Positions 1 through 8,828 of a stretch of DNA of 32,000 nt are shown one piece after another. The notes beneath the pieces were generated by a model. That model ran no database searches. It was given only the letters and a program-made list of their open reading frames with translations, and was not told where the DNA came from. Position 1 is the stretch's first letter. Every line of letters begins with the position of its first letter. Position numbers and translations under genes: made by a program. The stretch covers positions 322,248 through 354,247 of the forward strand of contig NZ_AOLP01000011.1 of assembly GCF_000337795.1 (NCBI RefSeq). Reading direction: 5' to 3'. The DNA comes from Haloferax denitrificans ATCC 35960. GTDB taxonomy: Archaea; Halobacteriota; Halobacteria; Halobacteriales; Haloferacaceae.

Positions 1-801
1 ACCCACGAGTTCGCCGCCGTCCGCGGTCGCGCAACCGGCGTCGGCCTCGCAATCGGCGCGGTGACGACCCTCGCCGGGGGGCTCCTCGCCGACGCGACGA
101 ACTACGCGGTCCCCTTCTTCGCCACCGCCGCGGTGACGGCGCTGGGCGTTCCGATTCTGCTGTCGGTCCCCGAGACGGGCGCGACCGGCGGCGATTTCAC
201 GCCGCGGACGGCGCTCCGAGTCATCCGCGAGAAGCTCTCGCGCCCGCCGCTCCGCGGCTTCGTCGCCTACTTCGCGCTCCTGTTCGGCGTCGCCAACATG
301 GTGTACATCTTCGACCAGCCGATTCTCCGCGACGTGGCGCTCGACCTCGGCGTCCCCGCGACGGCGACGAACACCGCCGTCAGCGCCTCCTACGCGCTGT
401 TCTCGCTCGTCGCGGCCGCGGCGACGTTCCGCGCCGGCTGGGTCGAATCCCGCGTCGGCGTCCGTCGGTGGTTCCTCGCCTCGCCGCTCGTGCTCGCGGT
501 CGCCTACGCGTCGGTCCCGCTTTTCGGGCCGCTGGCCTTCCCCGCCTTCGCGGTCGCCCGCGGCGTCACGAACGTCTCGTCCGTCCTCGGGAACCAGTAC
601 GTCAACGACCGGGTGGACTCGGTCGGCCGCGCGACCGTCCTCTCGGCCGCCGGGATGCTCTACTCGCTCGCGGTCGTCCCGTTCGAACTCGCGGGCGGGG
701 TCGTCGCCGACGCCCTCTCGCCGGCCGGCGCGCTCGCGCTCTTCGGCGGGGTGCTCGTCGTCGGCGCGGGCCTGCTGTGGACGGTCGAACGGCCCGTCTG
801 A
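1..801 (+). CDS. MFS-type transporter, C-terminal part (5' end lies outside the window)
   Basis: The reading frame is open from nt 1 into the listed 61..801 ORF. The product is a run of hydrophobic helices joined by short loops, with G/C-rich third positions. The family call rests on general appearance only. Confidence 0.6.
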   Translation, partial: THEFAAVRGRATGVGLAIGAVTTLAGGLLADATNYAVPFFATAAVTALGVPILLSVPETGATGGDFTPRTALRVIREKLSRPPLRGFVAYFALLFGVANMVYIFDQPILRDVALDLGVPATATNTAVSASYALFSLVAAAATFRAGWVESRVGVRRWFLASPLVLAVAYASVPLFGPLAFPAFAVARGVTNVSSVLGNQYVNDRVDSVGRATVLSAAGMLYSLAVVPFELAGGVVADALSPAGALALFGGVLVVGAGLLWTVERPV

Positions 802-903
802 GAGCCGGCGGGGTGTGGTCGGCCAGCGCGCTCTGTTCACGCCCGGCCCGACGCCCGCGCCGAAGGGAAAACCCCTTACTTTCGGTCGTCGCACTCGCGG
901 GCA

Positions 904-1701
904 ATGGGCTTCTTCGACGACCTCCGCGACCGCATCGAGGCGACAGACAGCGTCGTCTCGGTCGGCCTCGACGCCGACATCGACCGCATCCCCGACCACC
1001 TGCTCGACAAGGACCTCCCGCGCTGGGCGTTCAACCGCCGCATCATCGACGCGACCCACGAGCACGCCGCGGCGTTCAAGCCGAACGCGGCGTTCTACGA
1101 GGACGAGGACGGCTGGCGCGCCCTGCGGGAGACCATCGCCTACGCCCGCGGCAAGGGCGTGCCGGTCCTCTTGGACGCCAAGCGCGCCGACATCGGCAAC
1201 ACGACCCGCAAGTACGCCGACCTGCTCGACGACGCCGACGCCATCACCGTCAATCCCTACATGGGCCGCGACTCCATCCAGCCGTTCCTCGCCCGCGAGG
1301 ACAAGGGCGTGTTCGTCCTCTGTCGGACCTCGAACCCCGGCGGCTCCGACCTCCAGTCGCTCGAACTCGACTCGGGCGAACCGCTCTACGAGCGCGTCGC
1401 GGCGCTCTGCGACCTCTGGAACGAACACGGGAACGTCGGCCTCGTCGTCGGCGCGACCGGCCCCGACGAACTGGAACACCTCCGCGAGCAGGTGCCCGAC
1501 CTGCCGTTTCTCGTCCCCGGCGTGGGCGCGCAGGGCGGCGACGCCGAGGCCGCCGTCGAGTTCGGCCTCGCGGACGGCGTCGGCCTCGTGAACTCCTCTC
1601 GCGGCATCATCTTCGCCGGCGAAGACCGCGGCGAGGACTTCGACAAGGCCGCCGGACAGGCGGCCAAGCGCCTCAAAAAGCGGCTGAATCAGTACCGCTG
1701 A
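904..1701 (+). CDS. pyrF: orotidine 5'-phosphate decarboxylase (type 2)
   Basis: 265 aa. Contains the pyrF-like segments VGLDAD, FKPNAAFYE and LLDAKRADIGNT, and ends with the loop PGVGAQGG. Confidence 0.9.
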   Translation: MGFFDDLRDRIEATDSVVSVGLDADIDRIPDHLLDKDLPRWAFNRRIIDATHEHAAAFKPNAAFYEDEDGWRALRETIAYARGKGVPVLLDAKRADIGNTTRKYADLLDDADAITVNPYMGRDSIQPFLAREDKGVFVLCRTSNPGGSDLQSLELDSGEPLYERVAALCDLWNEHGNVGLVVGATGPDELEHLREQVPDLPFLVPGVGAQGGDAEAAVEFGLADGVGLVNSSRGIIFAGEDRGEDFDKAAGQAAKRLKKRLNQYR

Positions 1702-1792
1702 GGCGACGCGGCGGGCGGGTCGTCGGCCGGCCGGTCACCTCCCGGTCGCGCCCCGGCGAGACGTTTACCACCGTGCGCCCCTAACTGCGCCC

Positions 1793-2371
1793 GTGGACCG
1801 AGACCGACTCGTCATGGGGCTCGCGGCGGTGTTCGCGGGCATCACCATGCTCCTCGTCGTGTTGGCGTTCGCCTACCGACAGCTCCTGTTGCTGTTCGTC
1901 GCCCTCCCCTTCGGCGCGACGACGTACTTCATGTACGCCCACGTCAGCGGCCGCCTCCACGAGCGGTTCCGCCGGACGCGCGTCCGCGCCGACGCCGGGC
2001 GCGGCGGGTTCGGCTTCCGGTCGGAGCGACGGCGGAGCGACCGCCGGGAGACCGGCGGCTTCGGTGCGGGGCCCCGCGGCGACCCACAAGAGGGACCGCG
2101 ATCCGGGCGGTTCGGTCCAGATGGCGGATTCGGCGGTGACCGCCGCCGTCAACAGCGAACTCGCGGAGATGGGCCGAGCGTCCGGCCGCCGCGACGCGGT
2201 ATGAGCCGACAACAAGCCCTCGACACGCTCGACCTCGACGCCGACGCCTCCGCGGACGAGGTGAAAGCCGCCTACCGGAGGCGCGTCAAGGAGACGCACC
2301 CGGACTCGAAGACCGGCGACGAGGAGACGTTCAAGCGCGTCAACCGGGCCTACGAGCGCCTGACCGAGTGA
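1793..2371 (+). CDS. membrane-anchored J-domain (DnaJ-like) protein with an RGG/FG-rich basic linker
   Basis: The N-terminus is hydrophobic (LAAVFAGITMLLVVLAFAYRQLLLLFVALPF). The C-terminal J domain carries an HPD motif (AAYRRRVKETHPDSK). A TTTACCA box at 1764-1770 lies about 27 nt before the GTG at 1793. ATG 1814 is an alternative start. Confidence 0.7.
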   Translation: MDRDRLVMGLAAVFAGITMLLVVLAFAYRQLLLLFVALPFGATTYFMYAHVSGRLHERFRRTRVRADAGRGGFGFRSERRRSDRRETGGFGAGPRGDPQEGPRSGRFGPDGGFGGDRRRQQRTRGDGPSVRPPRRGMSRQQALDTLDLDADASADEVKAAYRRRVKETHPDSKTGDEETFKRVNRAYERLTE

Positions 2372-2512
2372 CTGCGCCTCGTTTTCCCTCGCATTCGACC
2401 GCCACACGTCTCGTCGGGCGCGTCCGCGTCGCTTCCGTCTCGGTTGTGGTACAGTCTCATGGCAATCGCTACCGCGGAAAGCGTTTTCACGGTCGGTTTC
2501 CTACCCGCTTCC

Positions 2513-4117
2513 ATGAGCGCGGATCGGGCTCTCTTGGACGAGGCCCTCGAGCGCGGTGAGGAAGAAGGCGGAAACGTCGAGTTCAAAGAACGCCTCACTC
2601 GCGCCGTTCACCTGTCCGACGGCCGGATGGAGTCGCTCGCGGCGCAACTCAGACACCGAGTGCTCTCCGGCGACGGCGTGGCGACCTACGTGGTCGGCGT
2701 CACCGACGACGGCGGCATCGCCGGCATCCCGCCTGACGACTTCTCCGAGACCATGGACGTGCTGTCGCTTCTGGCCGAGGAGGCCGGGGCGCACATCGAG
2801 GACGTGGAGACGTGGGGCGTCGGCGAGTCGGCCGAACGCGGCCTCGTCGGCGTCGCGACCATCCGCGAGGGCGCGATGCTCGACGTGGACGACGACCACA
2901 TCGTCGTCGGCACCGCGGGCCACGTCGACCACGGCAAATCGACGCTCGTCGGCTCGCTCGTGACCGGACAGGCCGACAACGGCAACGGAAGCACGCGGTC
3001 GTTCCTCGACGTACAGCCCCACGAGGTCGAACGCGGCCTGTCGGCGGACCTCTCGTACGCCGTCTACGGCTTTTCCGACGACGGCCCGGTCCACATGCGC
3101 AACCCCCACCGGAAGTCCGACCGGGCGCAGGTCGTCCAGGAGGCCGACCGACTCGTCTCGTTCGTCGACACCGTCGGCCACGAGCCGTGGCTCCGAACGA
3201 CGATTCGCGGCCTCGTCGGCCAGCGCCTCGACTACGGCCTGCTCGTCGTCGCCGCCGACGACGGCCCGACGAGAACGACCCGCGAACACCTCGGCATCCT
3301 CCTCGCCATGGAGCTTCCGACGGTCGTCGCCATCACGAAAGTCGACGCCGTCTCCGAGGAGCGCGTCGCCGAGGTCGAACGCGAGGTCGAGCGCCTCCTC
3401 CGCGACGTGGGGCGGACGCCCCTGAGCGTCGAGCGCCACGGCGTCGACGCCGCCGTCGAGGAGATAAGCGAGTCGGTCGTCCCGCTGTTCCTGACGAGCG
3501 CGGTCACGATGGACGGCCTCGACGACCTCGACCGGCTGTTCGAGGCGCTCCCGAAGCGGAGCGCCGCCGAGGGCGAGTTCAAGATGTACATCGACCGGAC
3601 CTACTCGGTCACGGGCGTCGGCGCGGTCGCCTCGGGCACGGTCAACTCCGGGGCGGTCGAGGCCGGCGACACACTGCTCTTGGGACCGATGTCCGACGGC
3701 GAGTTCCGCGAGGTCGAGGTCCGCTCTATCGAGATGCACTACCACCGGGTCGACCGGGCCAACGCCGGCCGCATCGTCGGCATCGCCCTCAAGGGCGTCC
3801 GCGAGTCCGAAATCGAACGCGGGATGGTGCTCCTTCCGGGCGACGCGGAGCCAACCGCCGTCCGCGAGTTCGAAGCCGACGTGATGGTGCTCAACCACCC
3901 GACGCGGATTCAGGAGGGCTACGAACCGGTCGTCCACCTCGAAACCATCTCCGAGGCGGCAATCTTCCACCCCGACGGCGGGCGGCTCCTGCCGGGCGAC
4001 ACCGGCACGACCCGCGTGGAGTTCAAATTCCGGCCGTACTTCGTCGAGGTGGGCCAGCGATTCGTCTTCCGCGAGGGGAGGTCCAAGGGCGTCGGCACCG
4101 TGACGAAAGTCGACTAG
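2513..4117 (+). CDS. GTPBP1/EF-1alpha-like translational GTPase paralog
   Basis: G1 motif GHVDHGKST, a DTVGHE G3 motif, and beta-barrel domains II/III similar to EF-Tu/EF1A. I chose ATG 2513 (MSADRALLDE) because a GAAAgcgTTTTCAC box sits about 26 nt upstream. The ORF-track start at 2444 would add an unlikely hydrophobic leader. Confidence 0.85.
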   Translation: MSADRALLDEALERGEEEGGNVEFKERLTRAVHLSDGRMESLAAQLRHRVLSGDGVATYVVGVTDDGGIAGIPPDDFSETMDVLSLLAEEAGAHIEDVETWGVGESAERGLVGVATIREGAMLDVDDDHIVVGTAGHVDHGKSTLVGSLVTGQADNGNGSTRSFLDVQPHEVERGLSADLSYAVYGFSDDGPVHMRNPHRKSDRAQVVQEADRLVSFVDTVGHEPWLRTTIRGLVGQRLDYGLLVVAADDGPTRTTREHLGILLAMELPTVVAITKVDAVSEERVAEVEREVERLLRDVGRTPLSVERHGVDAAVEEISESVVPLFLTSAVTMDGLDDLDRLFEALPKRSAAEGEFKMYIDRTYSVTGVGAVASGTVNSGAVEAGDTLLLGPMSDGEFREVEVRSIEMHYHRVDRANAGRIVGIALKGVRESEIERGMVLLPGDAEPTAVREFEADVMVLNHPTRIQEGYEPVVHLETISEAAIFHPDGGRLLPGDTGTTRVEFKFRPYFVEVGQRFVFREGRSKGVGTVTKVD

Positions 4118-4170
4118 AATAGCACGAGCGGCGACTCAGGTTCGGTTCGTCCCCGCCGACGGTCAGGCCG

Positions 4171-4662
4171 TCAGACCGCGTCTTCGACCGCGACGTAGCC
4201 GTCCGGTCGGTTTTCCGCCGCGTCGAACAGCACCGCCCAGTCCAGGAGCCGCGCGACTCTGTCGCGCCAGCGCGACTCCCACCCCTCGGGGTCGCGGTGG
4301 CGCTCCCAGTTCGGGACGGTCGGCTCGAACGCCTCGAACACCGCGTCCGCGGACGTCGGCTCGTCGCCGAGGGCGTCGAGCGCCTCGCGCGCGCCGAAGA
4401 CGTTCCCCTCGAACGCGCTCCGCAGGTCGTCCGCGTCGGGGTCGTCGCGGACGCGCTCGAAGCCGCGGCTCACCTCGCGGGCGAGGCCGAGCGACTGGCA
4501 GAACACGAGCCAGTCGCGACCCTCGTCGGGCGTCACGTCGAGTCGGGTCGCCACTCGGCCACAGCAGTCGTCTTCGGACCCCGGAATCAGCGGGACGGCG
4601 CGGTGGGCGTCCCACAGTCGGTCGAGGGAGTCCGGCGCGGGCGGGACCGGCTTGCGCCTCAC
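4171..4662 (-). CDS. conserved hypothetical protein, translationally coupled to mch
   Basis: 163 aa, acidic, with G/C-rich third positions. The GTG start overlaps the mch stop (GTGA overlap at 4659-4662). There is no internal Met, so the GTG is the only plausible start. Confidence 0.6.
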   Translation of the reverse strand: MRRKPVPPAPDSLDRLWDAHRAVPLIPGSEDDCCGRVATRLDVTPDEGRDWLVFCQSLGLAREVSRGFERVRDDPDADDLRSAFEGNVFGAREALDALGDEPTSADAVFEAFEPTVPNWERHRDPEGWESRWRDRVARLLDWAVLFDAAENRPDGYVAVEDAV

Positions 4663-5591
4663 AGTCCGAACGACTCGGCGAGCACGTCCTCGTCGGTCTC
4701 GCCGAGGGTGTAGGTCGGCCCGTCGACCACGTCGACCGTGACCTGCGCGGGGCCGAACACGTCGGGGTCGACCTCGCCGAAGTCCCAGTCGGCGTCCTCG
4801 AACAGCCGTTCGAACGGAACGCCGTAGTCAGCCCCGGCCGTGGATATCGCGCGGTCGAAGTCGTCGAAGTCCTCGCTGACGGTGACGTGGACGCGCCCGC
4901 CGTAGGCGACGGCGTCGTTCGTCCGGCCCATGGCGACGCTCTCGTCGTAGCTGACGGGGGCGAGCGGGGCGGAGCCGTTGATAGAGAGGACGTTCGTCGG
5001 GTCGTAGCCCGCCTCGAAGAGGTTGAACACGGCGAGTTCGGCCGCACGGGCCGCGCCCGTGACGCTCCCGACGAGCGAGCCGGTCGCGTAGGTCGGCAGG
5101 AAGACGGCGCTCGGTTCGAGGCCGGTCGTCTCCGCGACGTGTTCCGCGACCTCGTCGGTCGGGAGGTCGATGCTCTCGACGGCGAGGACCGTCAGGTCGA
5201 ACTCGTCGTAGTAGCCGAGGTGGTGGAACTCCTCTTCCTCGCCGACCAGCGCGCGCGCCGGGCCGGAGCCGAGGCCGTCGAAGCCGTCGAAGGTGAGCTC
5301 CCAGCCGGCCTTCTGCGAACAGAGCAGGGCCAGCGCGGGGCGGTCGGTGGAGAGTTCGACGTGCGGACGGGGCGTGCCGGCGACCTCGCCCATCCGCGTC
5401 TGTACCGTGGCGAGACCCGCGGTCTGAATCTCCGCGAGGAGCATCCCCGCTTCGACACCGCCGTCGGCGTCGACGCCGAAGTCGATGACCGTCGCGCCCG
5501 AGTCGAGTTCGTAGCCCTCGATGCCGAGCTCTCCGGCGAAGTCGAGCGCCTCGTCGACCAGTTCGATGGCCATCCGATTGATGCTGTCCAT
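4659..5591 (-). CDS. mch: methenyltetrahydromethanopterin cyclohydrolase homolog
   Basis: The start is set at MDSINRMAIELVDEAL. The protein has Mch-like sequence throughout (LLCSQKAGWEL, GSGPARAL). A TATA-like CCCTTTAGCC lies about 27 nt upstream on the - strand. Confidence 0.9.
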   Translation of the reverse strand: MDSINRMAIELVDEALDFAGELGIEGYELDSGATVIDFGVDADGGVEAGMLLAEIQTAGLATVQTRMGEVAGTPRPHVELSTDRPALALLCSQKAGWELTFDGFDGLGSGPARALVGEEEEFHHLGYYDEFDLTVLAVESIDLPTDEVAEHVAETTGLEPSAVFLPTYATGSLVGSVTGAARAAELAVFNLFEAGYDPTNVLSINGSAPLAPVSYDESVAMGRTNDAVAYGGRVHVTVSEDFDDFDRAISTAGADYGVPFERLFEDADWDFGEVDPDVFGPAQVTVDVVDGPTYTLGETDEDVLAESFGL

Positions 5592-5711
5592 GCGAGGCGA
5601 TTGCGCGCCTTCGGCTAAAGGGTTTGTCAGTCGCACACCCTCCGGGTCGCGTGGACGTGTCTCGTGTCTCGCACGGCGGACCCGCGCGGCGGGTCGCCGC
5701 GGCCCGCGAAG

Positions 5712-6026
5712 CTACTCGCGGTCGCGTCTCGCTTCCCGCCCGAGGTGGGCTTCGACGGCGTCGACCTTGTCGGCGGCCGTCTGGTCTTTCGTGCGCTTGT
5801 CGTCTATCTTCAGGAACGTGCTCACGCGGTCGCCGTCGACCGCCTTGTGAGCCGCGCCGACCGCCGCGAGCAGTTCGTCGATGTCGTCGGCCTCGATGAC
5901 CGTCCCCATCGGGTTCGTCTCGTAGGCCACGTCGAAGTCGTCGAGGGCCGCGACGGCCTTTGCGACCTCGCCCGACATGCTCCCTTCGACGACCGGTGCG
6001 ACGCTCAACATGGCGATGACTGTCAT
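5712..6026 (-). CDS. MTH1187/YkoF-family (DUF77) thiamine-binding-like protein
   Basis: 104 aa. The N-terminus (MLSVAPVVEGSMS) and the segment ETNPMGTVIEAD are typical of DUF77. A TTTTACTA box lies about 27 nt upstream of the ATG on the - strand. Confidence 0.75.
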   Translation of the reverse strand: MTVIAMLSVAPVVEGSMSGEVAKAVAALDDFDVAYETNPMGTVIEADDIDELLAAVGAAHKAVDGDRVSTFLKIDDKRTKDQTAADKVDAVEAHLGREARRDRE

Positions 6027-6152
6027 GGCCGAACCAACGCGCCACGCGGTAGTAAAACGGGGTGGGCCGAGCCGGTCGAGTCAGCGACCGAGCCGGCCGA
6101 GCCGACGACCGAACCGACGAGGCTATCCCCTCGAACAGCCACAGATTCCGAT

Positions 6153-6320
6153 ATGTTTCAGAGCGAACTCACTCGGCTGGCGCTCGTGTTGGGGGCGAAC
6201 GTCGTCGGCGGAGTCACCCTCGGGTCCGCCATCGGCGGGGCCGTCGGCTACGCGGCGGAGTGGACCGTGACGGGTGCCGTCTTGGGGCTGGCGGTCGCCG
6301 TCTTCGCCGCCCGCCGGTAG
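6153..6320 (+). CDS. small Gly/Ala-rich two-helix membrane protein (55 aa)
   Basis: This is an internal ATG within the listed 5664..6320 ORF. Third positions are G/C-rich and there are two hydrophobic segments. It has no recognisable family, so it is tentative. Confidence 0.45.
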   Translation: MFQSELTRLALVLGANVVGGVTLGSAIGGAVGYAAEWTVTGAVLGLAVAVFAARR

Positions 6321-6395
6321 TCGCTCCCGCCGAGAGCCGCCACCGCCGCCCGGGCGCGCATCGCGCTTTTCTCGTCGGCCGACGTATCAGCGCCC

Positions 6396-7454
6396 ATGAA
6401 TCCGCGCGTCGAGAGAGCGGTCACGCTGGGACGGGCCATCGTCTACGAGGTCCGAACCGAGCGGCTCACCTTCATGGCGGGCAGTATCGCCTACGGAGCG
6501 TTCGTCTCGCTGTTACCGCTGTTCCTGCTCGTCCTCGCGGCCGTCTCCGCCACCGGCGACAGCGGCCTCCGCGAGAGCGTCATCGCCGTCATCCAGTCCG
6601 TCTTGACCCCCGGCGCGAGCGACGTCATCGTCGCCGAACTGGAGTCGTCGACCCAACTCGCGAGCCTCTCCCTCGTCGGGGTGCTCGTGTTGGTGTGGGG
6701 GACGCTCCGCATCTTCCGCGGCCTCGACACCGCCTTCTCGGACATCTACGAGTCGGAGGCCGCGAACACCTTCGCCGACCAGCTTTCGGACGGCATCGTC
6801 GTGCTCGTCACCGTCGCGGTCGCCGTCGTCGCCGGCGCGCTCATCGAGTCCGTGCTCCCCGCGCTCGACGGGGCGCTCGGCTGGGTCGTCTACCGCGGCC
6901 TCCTCGTCGCCGTCCTCTTTCTGACGTTCTACCCGATGTACTACATCTTCCCCGACGAGGACGTGACCTATCTGGAGGTCGTCCCCGGCACGCTCGTCGC
7001 CGCCGTCGGGCTGACGACCTTCGAGTCGCTGTTCCGGCTCTACGTCGAGTTCAGCAGTCGCGCTCCCGAGTCGAGCGTCGTCGCCGGCATCCTCGTCCTC
7101 CTGACGTGGCTCTACTTCAGCGGGCTCGTCATCCTCCTCGGCGCGGCCGTCAACGCGGTGCTGTCGAACCGCTCGCGCGACGTGAACGTCCGCCCGCTGT
7201 TCGGCGGCGTCCCGCTCGGCTCCCAGACCGACACCGTGACCCGCGGCGAGGTGACCGCGGCCATCGAGCGACTCGACCGCCTCCTCGCGGCCGCTCCCGA
7301 CGAGGACGTGACCGTCCGCGTCGGCGACGAGTCCGTCACGCTCCCCCGCCCAGAGCGGGTCGTCACCGACACCGAGACGAGTCGGTTCCTACCGGAGGGG
7401 CCCGTCAGACTGGAACTCAGATGGTCCTCGTGGCCTGACAGTCACGAGGAGTGA
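6396..7454 (+). CDS. YihY/BrkB-family membrane protein with a soluble C-terminal extension
   Basis: The N-terminal segment LTFMAGSIAYGAFVSLLPLFLL and the multi-helix core are typical of the YihY family. About 90 extra hydrophilic residues follow the last helix. Confidence 0.8.
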   Translation: MNPRVERAVTLGRAIVYEVRTERLTFMAGSIAYGAFVSLLPLFLLVLAAVSATGDSGLRESVIAVIQSVLTPGASDVIVAELESSTQLASLSLVGVLVLVWGTLRIFRGLDTAFSDIYESEAANTFADQLSDGIVVLVTVAVAVVAGALIESVLPALDGALGWVVYRGLLVAVLFLTFYPMYYIFPDEDVTYLEVVPGTLVAAVGLTTFESLFRLYVEFSSRAPESSVVAGILVLLTWLYFSGLVILLGAAVNAVLSNRSRDVNVRPLFGGVPLGSQTDTVTRGEVTAAIERLDRLLAAAPDEDVTVRVGDESVTLPRPERVVTDTETSRFLPEGPVRLELRWSSWPDSHEE

Positions 7455-7777
7455 CGACGGGCGTTATGGGGATGGCGTGCGTATGCGACACTATGGCAAT
7501 AAAGACACCCGCACGACCGACAGAGCCGGCGCGACCGCTCGAACAGGACCGAACGAGGTGGGAGACCGTCGAGACGACCGCCGAAACGGCGTCTCGCGCG
7601 GTTCGACCGCCGACCGTCGTCGAACACCGACGACTGCCCGAGAAGGACCACGGCGAGGCCCGACTCGTCTGGCGGTGCGACGACTGCGGCGAACTCGGCT
7701 CGCTGACCGCGTTCCCGTCGGCGTGTCCCGACTGCGGCGCGGGCCGCGAGGCGCTGTTCTACTCCACCGAGGACTGA
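7451..7777 (+). CDS. small zinc-ribbon protein (CxxC...CxxC)
   Basis: The C-terminal motif WRCDDCG...CPDCG forms a four-Cys zinc ribbon. The GTG at 7451 overlaps the yihY-like stop (GTGA). ATG alternatives at 7466, 7472 and 7493 leave the start uncertain. Confidence 0.55.
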   Translation: MTTGVMGMACVCDTMAIKTPARPTEPARPLEQDRTRWETVETTAETASRAVRPPTVVEHRRLPEKDHGEARLVWRCDDCGELGSLTAFPSACPDCGAGREALFYSTED

Positions 7778-7848
7778 CCGCCCCGGCCGAACGCGGTCCG
7801 CCGCCGGCCGACCGCGACCGTTTTCCCGCCGGCCGACGACCGCCGGAT

Positions 7849-8103
7849 ATGTATCTCTCTCACCCCGTCCGCCGCATGCGCGACGACCCGCTCGACGACG
7901 AGGTCGCGGAGCTCCGCGTCGAACCCGCGGACGACGACGCCCGCGCCGCGCTCGAAACCCGCGTCGAGTCGCTCGACGGAAGTCTCGAACGCGAACTCCG
8001 ATTCGGCGGCGTCGTCGTCTCGCTCGCGGAGTCGGCCGTCTCCGACCTGTGCGAACTCGACGGCATCGAGCGAATCGAGACGGCCGACACGCTCGGATAC
8101 TGA
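7849..8103 (+). CDS. small acidic hypothetical protein (84 aa)
   Basis: This is an internal ATG of the listed 7477..8103 ORF, with a TTTTCC box about 26 nt upstream. The composition is acidic and typical of halophile proteins. Confidence 0.5.
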   Translation: MYLSHPVRRMRDDPLDDEVAELRVEPADDDARAALETRVESLDGSLERELRFGGVVVSLAESAVSDLCELDGIERIETADTLGY

Positions 8104-8274
8104 TTCTTCGCCCACGCGTGCGAGAGCGGGACGCCGCTCCGTGCAGGAAACTGTCAACCATTTAGTGTTCGCGCTCCGGAGATGGCGTATGGCTCCCCTT
8201 CCCTCCCGCACCGCGCGAGTGACCCTCGTTGTTTTCACGTCTGTCACCGCCCTCGTGACGTTCCCTGCAGAATC

Positions 8275-8565
8275 GTGAGCGTCCTCGCCGACCTCGGGGG
8301 CCTTCCCCTGCTCGTCGCGTACCTGTTGCTCCTCGCGGGCACGGCCGTGCAGTACCGGCGCGGGAAGCTCTCCGGCACGCGGGCGGTTCTCCTCGTCGGG
8401 ATGTGTCTCACGTGGCTCTCGTACGCCCTCTTGCAGGTGACGCAAGGCGGGGCCGTACCGACGGGCACGCCGCTTAACTACGCCCTCGACGCGCTCGCCG
8501 TCGTCGCCCTCGTCGTCGGCGTGGTCGCGATGGGCTGGTGGTGGCGGGCGCGGGACGAAACGTGA
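8275..8565 (+). CDS. hypothetical membrane protein (3 predicted helices)
   Basis: The hydrophobic part of the listed 8182..8565 ORF starts at the GTG at 8275. The 31 codons before it look non-protein-like. The start is uncertain (8182 is the alternative). Confidence 0.45.
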   Translation: MSVLADLGGLPLLVAYLLLLAGTAVQYRRGKLSGTRAVLLVGMCLTWLSYALLQVTQGGAVPTGTPLNYALDALAVVALVVGVVAMGWWWRARDET

Positions 8566-8603
8566 GTTCTCGGAGACGCGTCGCTGACGGGGTTGCGTTC
8601 GGG

Positions 8604-8620
8604 GAACTGCGTCGGCTGGG
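8604..8620 (-). repeat. orphan copy of the tRNA-Gly 3' end (acceptor 3' strand plus part of the T stem and trailer)
   Basis: 8608-8620 (tgcgtcggctggg) is identical to 8829-8841, the 3' end of the adjacent intact tRNA-Gly. The match extends to 16 of 17 nt over 8604-8620 versus 8825-8841. Confidence 0.8.
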
Positions 8621-8828
8621 TGTTCACCGAACGCCGTGAGGTGAACTCAGGAGCACCGGCGAGACCGACGGTCGAGTCGGTGAGACGGGATTTGAACCAG
8701 AACCAGACGTGCTCGCTCACTTCGTTCGCTGTGCGCGACTGGTAGGGTTCGAAATCCCAGCGTCCCGCACACAGCCTCACAAGACCGAGAGACACGGAGG
8801 TCTCTCGGAGGTTTGTGTTCGGCAGAAG

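Noticed and set aside
6062-6120. Short reiterated cgagccgg/cgaccgag strings in the divergent intergenic region.
   Set aside because: This is low-complexity GC-rich reiteration with no defined period or symmetry. It is most likely chance in this composition.
8687-8759. An apparent 73-nt tRNA whose ends GGGAUUU and AAAUCCC could form a 7-bp acceptor stem.
   Set aside because: The supposed acceptor stem is made from two inverted T-arm-like fragments. Neither orientation gives a D arm with GG, a proper anticodon stem-loop or a T loop. I treat it as tRNA debris or an inverted repeat, not a tRNA gene. I also tested an intron-containing tRNA model across 8679-8780, and it failed on the T arm.
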